Assembly (NCBI RefSeq): GCF_001194135.2
Contig: NC_068986.1
Coordinates: 38,529,322-38,574,009 of the forward strand
DNA length: 44,688 nucleotides
Reading direction: 5' to 3'
Origin: Octopus bimaculoides
Lineage: Eukaryota
This document shows positions 34,601-44,688 of the stretch, one piece after another. Below the pieces are notes generated by a model that was given only the letters and a program-made list of their open reading frames with translations, searched no databases and was not told the origin of the DNA. Numbering within the stretch: the first letter of the stretch is position 1; every line of letters begins with the position of its first letter. The position numbers and the translations under genes were made by a program.

Positions 34601-35714
34601 TATATGTGTGTACATACATACATACATACATACATACATTCATACATACATACATACATACATAGAGAGAGAGAGGGTCAAAGTAAGAAAGAGAAAAGGA
34701 GAGAAAAAGAAAGTGAAGTACATTTATATGGATGCATGTATGTATGCATTAGAATCTCTATGAATAAAGCTTAGTTCTGTGTTATTGTATGTAGAAATTC
34801 CCCTAGAGTCATACACACACGCAAATTCTAAAAATAATTAACAGTCTAAATCTTTATCCGCACATTTTCTAAAATCCCATTTATCTTAAGATTACCCCTT
34901 ATAATAACCTTCACATTTTAAGGCCAACTTCCTAATCTTCAAAAAATATCTTTTGAAAAGCACTGTAATCATGCATATACCAGATTTGATATTTTACTTC
35001 TATTTAGGTTAAACCAGCAGGTGGATGTTGAATTAAAAGCATAACAAAGGATCTCTCTGTTTCACAGTAAATTACAGAAGGGAAGGGACAGAAAGTCAGT
35101 ACATAACAGTGGTAAGCTCCTCAAAATAGAAGCATTTTATGCTATGGGGAAACATCAATACAATATATACTCTCTTCACACACACACTCTGTATATTAAT
35201 ACTTACAGAATATGCAATGGCCTTGACAAAAGACAATAATAGAGTCTCTCTGTGGTCATTTGACCTGCTAGAAATAATTTCAATATACTCCTCGGTCACA
35301 CCCAACCATTTAAAAAGGATGGGTAATTGATAAAGTTATTACATTGCTGGATAGAATGCTCCACGATATTTATTCTCATTTTCTGCTCTCTGAGTTCAAA
35401 TCCCACCAAATTCGACTTTGCTTTTCACCATTTTGGGGTTTGGGTGGTGGGAAGGGTTGACAAAAAAGTGCTGATCCAGAGAGGAAGATTAGCAGAACCA
35501 TAAGAATATTAAGCTAAATGTCTTGAGGATATTTTTCTTTTTGATTTTTTTCTGGCTCTATGTCTCTTGAGCTCAATTCCTGTCATGGCCTGCTTGGGTG
35601 GTAGACTTAATCCATTGCACAGATAAAACTACCACCAGGCACCCTTCTCTTCTGATGAAGAAATTAAAAACAAGATTTTTTTTCAAACCAGATGAGTATA
35701 CTCTTTACTCTCTT

Positions 35715-36130
35715 TTTACTCTTTTACTTGTTTCAGTCATTTGACTGTGGCCATGCTGGAGCACCGCCTTTAGTCGAGCAAATTGACCCCAGGACTTATT
35801 CTTTGGATGCCTAGTACTTATTCTATCGGTCTCTTTTGCCGAACCACTAAGTTACGGGGACGTAAACACACCAACATCGGTTGTTAAACGATGTTGGGGG
35901 GACAAACAGACACACAAGCATACACAGACACACAAACATATACACATACATACATATATATACATATATACGACGGGCTTCTTTCAGTTTCCGTCTACCA
36001 AATCCACTCACAAGGCTTTGGTCGGCCCGAGGCTATAGTAGAAGACACTTGCCCAGGGTGCTACGCAGTGGGACTGAACCCAGAACCATGTTGTTGGTAA
36101 GCAAGCTACTTACCACACAGCCACTCTTGT
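35715..36130 (-). mobile_element. Near full-length tRNA-like SINE (best local copy)
   Basis: Read on minus: head gagtggctgtgtggtaagtagcttgcttaccaac..atggttctgggttcagtccc (A/B-box-like), body, central (TA/TG)n, 3' part, tail gactgaaacaagtaaaagagtaaaaagag. Confidence 0.85.
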
Positions 36131-36288
36131 GCCTATGTATGTTAAATAATTTCATTTTAGATATTCCTAAAAGAATAGGATGATTACTGCTGGAATGCAT
36201 TTGATCATATGTTTAAAGCATTAAAACAAAAACATCCCAGATTTAGGTACTGGAGAGACAGAGCAATTTTTGATGATGGTCTCGTTAC

Positions 36289-36352
36289 CCAGTGTTTGCT
36301 TCAGTTCTAGTCTTGCTGGGTTCCATTGATTCAGTGTTCCTTTTAAATCTAA
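36289..36352 (-). CDS. Weak candidate exon (LDLKGTLNQWNPARLELKQTL or RFKRNTESMEPSKTRTEANT)
   Basis: Acceptor gtaatttgtttcag, donor TGG|GTAACG, two frames open. Confidence 0.2.
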
Positions 36353-38158
36353 CTGAAACAAATTACTTGTATTAGACAGCATTCAAACATAAACAATATA
36401 TTCCCACCCATTTAAAATTGCATCTACTGTGAGGAGAAGAAAATCATTTACTTAATGCTTGATCCTGGTCATGAAAATCAAGAGAAACAAACCAAGAATT
36501 TAAATTTATAAAAAATTGAATACTATAGAGAGTGTCTGAGCTTTAACAGTACAAGACACCACCTTGTTGGCTAAAATTAGTTCTACAAAGAGAGTAAGAA
36601 TGACAAAGAGAGAAAAAAGAAGAAATGATCTTTGTACATGGTTGCTACTTTATTTATCCTTCATAAAAAGGACGAAAGGCAAATTTGTTCTCAGCAGGAT
36701 TTGAACACCAAATGTAGAGAGCCAGAGTAAATACAAGGCATTCTAGTAGACACCCTAACCACTCTACCACTTTGTTGCTTTCCCAATTAATCCATATATC
36801 TTTTGCTGTATCTTGGAGGGGGGGGGGCATTATGCCAATAATAAACACACACACTGACAGTTTATAATGACTTTCCCAAAATACAACAAAATCTGTTTCA
36901 AGAATTTTGCAAACCAAATATGAAAACCATATATTTNNNNNNNNNNTTTTTTTTTTTTTTTTTTTTGCTGAAGAGCTAAGATACAGGGACATAAACAAAA
37001 CAACACCAATTGTCAAGCAGTGGTAATAGGAGACAAACCCGAAAAATAAGTCTGAACCCCAATATGATTTTTAACTTTTGCTGGCAGATAGATGAAACTA
37101 GATACAGTAATAAAGCATTCTAGAGCCCCATGCTCTACTGGTTATGCTGTCTGCACTGCTGTACAAAATAACTAAAGAGTATGGGTGGAGGGAGCAATAG
37201 ACCAACAGAGAGAAAGAGACTACAGGGTGAGTGGTGGTGGTGGTGGTGGTAGTGGAAGAGGATAGTAAGCGTATTGTTTTGTGAGTGACATATTCCAAGT
37301 GAAGTTGGTAATTTGGCTTTTATTAATTATTACTGGAAAGGGGAAATTAGAATATAATTGCATTATAATGAGACTTAGAAGCTGCTAAGAATAAATAAGT
37401 CGAGTGTTAGAAGAAAATGTCAAGTAAAAGCTTTGCTGAAGTATGAAGTACAGTTGAGCACCAAGTACAGTAGTGAGCCTTTAAATGTTGACAAACACTA
37501 ACAGCTACATATCAGTAGACTGTGTCATAGATATATATATACAGAGAGAGAGAGAGAGATGAGAAAGATGGACAGGTAGATAAATATATATGTATATATA
37601 GAGACATACATACATACATACATACATACATACAAGCATACATACACACACACGTACGTACATACATACATATACATGCATACATACAGATACATACACA
37701 CATACTATATAATTAATAAGTAAACAAACAAGTGTAAATGTCACAATGGAAGGGGTGGTGAGTAGTAGTAATAGTAGTGAAGAGTGAGAGATTATTCTAA
37801 AATATTTAGAACTACGGTAGTAAAAAGGAAAGGTTATGAGATATATATAGGGAGAGAGAAGGAAGAGGATAGATGGCAGAATTTTCTATAATCCTTTTCC
37901 TCCCCATCATCGTCATCATCACCAACACCACGTATTATGATAGCCTTATAGTATTTAGTTCTGTCCTTCAATATTTCCCAATCAGATTCCTTGAGCAGCT
38001 GACTCTACTTTCAGACTTCTGAGGTGTTAGTAAAATAAAATAAGTACAAGCGAACTAATATGAGTGACATGGGTAGGTGGAGGGGGATTAATGAATCAAC
38101 CATATTCCTCCCCTATCTCTGGCAAAGTTAGAAACTGTTATTGTTGTTATTATTATTA

Positions 38159-38204
<46 letters not shown>

Positions 38205-38208
<4 letters not shown>

Positions 38209-38830
38209 GGTAGCAAGCTGGCAGACTTGTTAGCACAGTAAGTAAAATACTTAGTGGCATTTTATCTGTCTTTACACTCTAAGTTCAAATTTTGCCCAGG
38301 TCAACTTCGCCTTTCATCCTTTCAGGGTCAATGAAATAAGTACCAGTTTTGCACTGAGGTCGATGTAATTGTCTAGCCCCCTCCCCAACAATTTCAGACT
38401 TGTGCCTATAGTAGAAACGATTATCATTATCATTTTTGGCAGTGAACTGGTAGACATGTTAGCACACTGGACAAAATGCTTTGTTGCATTTTGTCTGTCT
38501 TAATGTTCTGAGTTCAAATTCCTCTAAGGTTGACTTTGCCTTTCATCCTTTTGGGATCAATAAATTAAGTACAAGTAAAACACTGGAGTCGACGTAATCA
38601 ACTAGTCCCCTCCCACCGAATTTCAGGCCTTGTGCTTTTAGTAGAAAAGATTATTATTATCAGCATCACTATTATTGGCTGGACAAAATGCTTAGCAGTA
38701 TTTTGCTCGCCGCTCTATTCTGAGTTCAAATTCTGCCTAGGTCGACTTTGCTTTTCATCCTTTCGGAGTCAATTAAATAAGTACTCGTCCCCCTCCCCCA
38801 AAATTGCTGCCCTTGTGACAAAATTTGAAC

Positions 38831-38885
<55 letters not shown>

Positions 38886-39020
38886 TGTTCAAATGCTGCT
38901 ATCCTTCCAGAGTTGATAAAATAAGCACCAGCGAGCACTGGGGAGAGTCAATGTAATTCTCTTCCTCACTCCTCACAATTGCTAGCTTTGTGTCAAAATA
39001 AGAAAGGATTATTATTAATA
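38205..39020 (+). mobile_element. Head-to-tail array of four (ATT)n-tailed SINE copies
   Basis: Units start near 38205, 38435, 38677 and ~38890 (partial); each has aataagtac...gcactg and ends in an ATT run; the first three carry a (g)agttcaaatt B-box. Confidence 0.85.
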
Positions 39021-39440
39021 GTATTAGTATTATTACAGCACTATCACATTATTCAAAATCTATGTTTTGTTGGAGTGTTTACTGTTGTTTATCATAGGCA
39101 ATATGTTAATTACATCAGGAAAATGTTCTAATTGTAGTAAGAGAGTTTTTCTTCTACTAGAGTAAAAAAAAAAAAAAAAAAATTAGTGAGAAAAACAAAA
39201 AAGATATTGCAAGTGAGAGGCGTCCAAAATGTGAAACAAACAGCTACCTAACAAGAGTTCATGTATCAGTAGCTGAAATAGGTAAGATAAACAGAACACA
39301 GAGGCATGACATTACAACCAACATCCAAAACAATGAGAAGGGTAATGTAATACTTGAACTTAAGCCATCTGGTAAGCTTTAGAGTAGTTGAAGATGTTTT
39401 GGTTATTACTCTTTATCTATTATATGCAACCAATGCTTAC

Positions 39441-39474
39441 CTTGAGGGTTTTCTTGTAAATAAAGTAAGCATCA
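39441..39474 (-). CDS. Weak candidate exon (DAYFIYKKTLK or MLTLFTRKPS)
   Basis: Donor AAG|GTAAGC, acceptor cactttatttag; two frames open. Confidence 0.2.
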
Positions 39475-39558
39475 CTAAATAAAGTGCACTCGACTGATTT
39501 AGAAGATATTTGTCCGCATTTGTAATCCCAAGCATTTTTATTTTACATCACACACACA

Positions 39559-40441
39559 CCCCTACTCCTTTTCTACATTCCGAGCAAAATCATTTTCCTA
39601 AAGGAAGTAGAGTTGTGTTGTGTGCTTTCCCACTAATTAAAACTTTGGTCCTTTGTTAAGTTAAATTTAAGACTCTTTGATTCCAGGTTCTGCTTCTACA
39701 CCTGGAATTTCTTTAATTCTACTACAGATTCAGTTATAAGAATGAGGTCATCAACATATAGTAGTTTCATTTGTTACGGCCTGTGTTAATAGGAAGGGAC
39801 AGCAAACTGAGCTCTGATGAACTCCTACCTGTACACTAACTTTGTTGCTGTGCTTGTGGTAACTCACATTTTACTGATAGTACCCCTACATATGTTTGTA
39901 TGGCTCATACAAGCTTTTTGTTTAGCCCTGGCTTCCTTAGGAACCACCAAATCACAGAGTGAAGGACCTTGTTGAAGGCTTTCTCAGGCCAATGAAGGTT
40001 AAGTTCAGTGGTTTACTTTTAGCTAAATACTTCTCCTACAGCCGTCTTTCAAGAAAGAAGGCATCAGCAGTACTTCTTCCTGGCACAAAACCAAACTGCA
40101 TTTCATCTAACCTAATTCTCTTCCTAATTAATGGGGTTATAACACTTTCCATAGCTTTCGGGACCTGTTCCAAAGTTTGATACCTTTGTAATTACTTCTA
40201 TCTAAAGAATCTCCTTTAACATTAATGCAGTTGACTATAATGCTGTTATGCAAGTTGCTAAGTATAACACCCTTATTAATAAGTACAACCTTATTAACTG
40301 TAGGCGTGACTAGGCCATATCCTCAATATTTTAAGCATCTCAATAGGGACTCATGATGCACCAGAAAGTTATCTTGCTTTTATATACTTAATTGCTTTAA
40401 CTATCATACTGCTGTCAACTAGGGTAGCTGATCCCTCTATT
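39559..40441 (-). mobile_element. RTE-clade LINE reverse transcriptase remnant
   Basis: KGDSLDRSNYKGIKL, DEMQFGFVPGRSTADA, KAFNKV, VGVHQ, LLYVDDLIL, TKVLISGK, CSECRKGVG in order, with stops and frameshifts. Confidence 0.92.
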
Positions 40442-40469
40442 GTATGTGTTAGGAACACCCACATTTATC

Positions 40470-40509
<40 letters not shown>

Positions 40510-41629
40510 TACATACATATACACACATATATGTATGCATACATACATATGTACATACATGCATACATACATTCATACTTATATGCAGACATGGTCGTGT
40601 GGTAAGAAGTTTGTTTCTCAACTACACAGTTTTAGGTTCAATCACACTGCAAGGAAACTTTACCCTGAACCAACCAAAGCCGATGTGTGTTACTGTCTCC
40701 TTGCCTTGTCATTGCATGATTGTCATAAACAAGTACCACTGTCATGCAAGTGGTGTTTATTGTGTTCTAATTTTCTATGGAAACATGTCTTGAGGAAATA
40801 TTTCCTTACTTGGAAACATGATGGCTGATGACAGGAAGGGCATCCATAGAAGAGCTGCCTCAACAAATTTTATCTGGTCCATGACAGAATGAAAAAGTGG
40901 ATGTTAAATCGATGATAATGATGATGATGATATATATAGTTTATAGATTCGATATAGGTAGAATCAACAAAAAAGTACTTCGTCCAGTGGGAGATAAATA
41001 TCAATTTAAATACACAACCAAAAGCATTACTAAAAGTTTCATGCTTTTATGATACTATAATTTGTCATATTTATAAAATACAGCATATATCTTCAAGCAA
41101 TCTTGCAGGTTCTGTTTATACATTATATATATTTTAAAACAAAGCTGGACAGTGAGAAAATAATTTTAAAAATGCAGAAAAAAACATACATTTACATACA
41201 CATATACACACACACATCATCATCTTTTAACGTCTGCCTTCCATATATACATATACATATTCATATACATAATGTGTATACAATATACACATACACATAA
41301 TATACATATATGTATGCATGTATATATGTATTTTTTGTAAAACATAACTTAAAAGACTAATCCAGGTGAAGTAGGTAGACACGACCTAGGTTAATAATAG
41401 TCAAAACCTATATATAATCACGTGTGTTTATATGCAATTTACATGCATACAAGTTATATATATATATAAATATGTACATATCATATTCATGTAAACAAAG
41501 TATGTTTGCATAAATGTCTGTTTGTGTTCATGTCTCTTGTTTATCTATAGTCTAGAAACTGATGGAGTTGTTTTTCAAAAAGCATAGAAAGAAAATGTTT
41601 ACATTCTTATATATCTCTCTAAGGGTTTT

Positions 41630-42020
41630 CTCATCTTTTATCTTTTACTTGTTTCAGTCATTAGACTGCAGCCATGTTGAGGCATCAGCTTGAAGAGTTT
41701 TTAATTGAATGAATAGAACCTAGAACTTATATTTTTAAAACTTGATTCTCATCCTATTGTTCTCTGTACCGAACCATTAAGTTATGAGGATGTAAATTCA
41801 CCAACACCAGTTATCAAACAGTGACACAAAGACACACAGATATAGATACAAATATATATGACAGGCTTTTTCCAGTTTCCATCTATCAAACCCACTCACA
41901 AGGCTTTGGTTGGCCTGAGGCTATAATAGAATACATTTGCCCAAGATGCCCGCAGTAGGACTGAACCCAAAACCATGTGGTTGGGAAACAAACTTCTTAC
42001 CATACAGCCATGCCTGCACC
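41630..42020 (-). mobile_element. tRNA-like SINE copy
   Basis: Colinear with 35715-36130; further copies at ~42640-42950 (+) and ~43590-43900 (-). Confidence 0.75.
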
Positions 42021-42261
42021 TATGTCATATTTAAGATTATTTCTGTACTCCTATTTCACACTGTGTTGTGCATAAAATATATACTTAATGATGAGCTATC
42101 TAAAGTACAAATAGGCAGATAATAGCATATCTGATTACTGTCATGTATAGTAGATGAACACTCTGTACTACCAAATAGGACAGGAGATTGGGTATGATTC
42201 CTCTGAAGAGTGAGCAGAAAATCATGAAATGGTGCGACTGTTATACATATATATATGTATA

Positions 42262-42452
42262 TACAAGGGGTTGCTCAAAAGTTCTTGGCTTTGGATAAAA
42301 GGAAATACAGGTGGATCAGTTAATTGTGATTTTATTCAACATATTCCCAACTTAGATTCGCACTTATTTTAGCGGCCCTTCAGTTTCTCTAATCTCTGTA
42401 AAAGAACTCGAAAGTTTGGGCCTCCAACTAGACCTTTCACAATACCCTTAAA
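42262..42452. mobile_element. Mariner terminal fragment
   Basis: TA|CAAGGGGTTGCTCAAAAGTTCTTGGC start in a TA tract, then ttttattcaacatattccc; resembles mariner TIR and subterminal sequence. Confidence 0.5.
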
Positions 42453-44109
42453 GCGCACACGCACACACACATGTATACATGCACATACGCATACACATGC
42501 ACACTATAGCCACAGATCAACCAGTACTTTGGGAGTGAAATTGGTAAGCAGAAACTGTGTGGAAGCCCGTTGTTTGTATGAATGTATGTAGGTATTATGG
42601 ATGGATGAAGGAATGCATGCATGCATCTGTGGTTTTGAGTTTAGTCCCACTGTACAGTACCTTGAGCAAGTGTCTTCTACTGTAGCCCTGGGCTGATCAA
42701 TGCCTTTAGTGAATTTAGTGCCTTGAGTGAAAATGTGTTGAAGCCTGTCGAGACGTTTGTAGGTGTGTGTGTGTGTGTATGTGCATGTCTTTGTGCTTGT
42801 TCCCTGCTGCTTACCACCTGGTGTTGGTTTGTTTATGTTCCCACAATTTAGAGTGACTGATAAAATAAGTATCATATTTCAAATAAGTACTGGGGTTGTT
42901 TTGTTCCACTAAACCCTTCAAAGCAGTCCCATGACAAAACAAGTAAAAGGAAGGATAGACAGACAAATAAAAAGATATTTGTGCTTTCCAACTTTCAAAT
43001 AATTATATTTTTGTTTACTTTTCATATTGACTCTCTTGTAATAAATACTAACACTTATTGACTTCCAGGGGCATATGAAAGTGAATTTATTAACATAGTC
43101 ACAAGTAGGTGTTTCCCAGGTTAAAACAATGTTTTTTCGTTTGCCAAAACAATGTGTTTTTTAATGGACTATTTTAATTCTTGCCACGTCATACACCCAA
43201 TTACATGAGCTGAATGACTTGCACAAGAGATAGTTTCCTTAGAAAAATGTGTTCGTAATGACTAGTTAATAGCCATGCTTTGCACACACCAATTAGGAAT
43301 TCAGTAATAAATATTTGGTGGATCTAACTTCTTTAATGACAATGTCACACTGAAAGTTTTACAGTATTTAACTGGCACAGACTGTATTTTCAAGAAAACA
43401 CTTTCACCTTCTTTGCCTGGAAACCACCTACTTTAGACAAAATAAAAACATTGAGTTTCATGGTTGTTGGCACTTAATATGATAATCAAGTGCTAAATAC
43501 AGTGGAATGAACCCCAAAACCACATGCTAAGCAACATCTTTAACCACACTGTCACATCTGCACCTATATTAAACAATATATAACTTTTATCTGTTGCAAG
43601 TTTCAGTCATTAGATTGCAGTCATGCTGGGGCACTACCATGAAGAGTTTTAGCCAAATAAATCAACCCCAGTATTTTCTTTTACTTTAAGCCTGATATAC
43701 AACTGGTCCCTTAGGCTGAATGCAACATGGCATTGGTTACCAAGCAGTGAAAGTAGGGACAACACAAACATGTATATACATCCATATATATATGTGTGTG
43801 ATGAGTTTCTTCCAGTTTCTACCAAATCCAGTCACAAGCTTGCCCAAGATGCCAAGCAGTGACACTGAACCCAAGACTACATGATTAGGGAGCAAGTTTC
43901 TTAACAAGGAATATGTTATTCCATATAAATTATATATACCATATTTGATAGTATTTAAGATGCACTTTTCTTTTTCAAAAGAATCACCCCAGGTCCAACA
44001 GACAAAGTTGGGTCTCCCATAAGCTGATGCCAAATATGCACTGCTGGAATTGGAGTGTGCCTGATATGACCATGCATCCTTTATGCCATCAAATATGGGA
44101 CATTAAACA

Positions 44110-44370
44110 ATACATATAAAGTTACCTTCTTGAGCCATGCCAACACACAAGGGCCAGTTTCCCAGTTTCATGACAAATATATATTCCGCACATGGACGGG
44201 ACGCCAGTCCATCACAAGATTACCCATTTTTTTGCCATCTGAGTGTACTGGAGCAACAGGAAATGAAGTGTTTTGCTCAAGAATACAAAGCATCGCCATG
44301 TCCAGGAATTGAAACCACAATCTTACAATCATGAGTCCAATATCCTAACCACTAAGCCACGCGCCTCCGC
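44110..44370 (-). mobile_element. tRNA-headed SINE, second family
   Basis: gaaatgaagtgttttgctcaagaatacaa...caggaattgaaacc...ctaaccactaagccacgcgcc, homologous to 5850-5960. Confidence 0.75.
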
Positions 44371-44688
44371 AAACAATGCACACACTGAAGGAGTGCAACA
44401 AAAACCTCATCTGTCTTATTTGTTTACTTTTTTTTTTTGAGAGGGGAGGAAAATTTTTTGAGTACCATTAAGAAAATGACTTGTTCAAATCAATTTTAAT
44501 GTTTTAAATTTATTTTACCAGCACTCACTCTCTCTCTACAACCACAACCAGCGGAAACTTTAACGTTGTTGTCTTTTTAAATTTTTTAAATTTTAAACAA
44601 TCCAGAAAGGGAAGATTCAGTTTAGGGCAGTCATGGCCAAACTGGGACCCACAAAACTTTCTGAATAGCATGACTAAATGAAAAATTT

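Noticed and set aside
35990-36130. tRNA gene
   Set aside because: A/B-box-like motifs belong to SINE heads; no cloverleaf, and the sequence continues into the SINE body.
39433-39472. Hairpin ATGCTTACCTT...AAAGTAAGCAT as a pre-miRNA
   Set aside because: Stem is only ~11 bp and does not extend; too short for a Drosha/Dicer substrate.
44620-44688. Possible hAT terminus ggcagtcatggccaaactggg
   Set aside because: Cut by the window edge; no partner TIR or TSD visible.

Overview
AT-rich eukaryotic (animal) genomic DNA from a gapped draft assembly, with five N-runs. It is dominated by microsatellites and decayed transposable elements. The SINE/RTE/mariner/microsatellite landscape looks to me like an octopod cephalopod (Octopus) genome; this is pattern recognition, not a database result. 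No intact ORF, tRNA, rRNA or CRISPR array is supported, and nearly all ORF-track entries are microsatellite or transposon artefacts. Well-supported elements are three mariner derivatives (one built from two inverted 5' ends), three RTE and one CR1-like LINE remnants, TTAA-flanked MITEs, a hAT/Charlie-type MITE with a perfect 8-bp TSD, and many tRNA-like SINE copies. The most unusual features are (i) an ~800-bp cassette bounded by a 9-bp direct repeat that carries a variant telomeric array (TTAGGG/TTTTAGGG with an 88-bp higher-order repeat), (ii) a PHD-type zinc finger placed between reverse-transcriptase motifs in the local RTE family, and (iii) an ~8.5-kb CpG-retaining domain (~13.2-21.8 kb) peaking in a promoter-like island at 19.56-20.15 kb between CpG-depleted flanks. 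Several short minus-strand candidate exons may belong to one or two unidentified host genes (low confidence). Boundaries of degenerate SINE/LINE copies are approximate.
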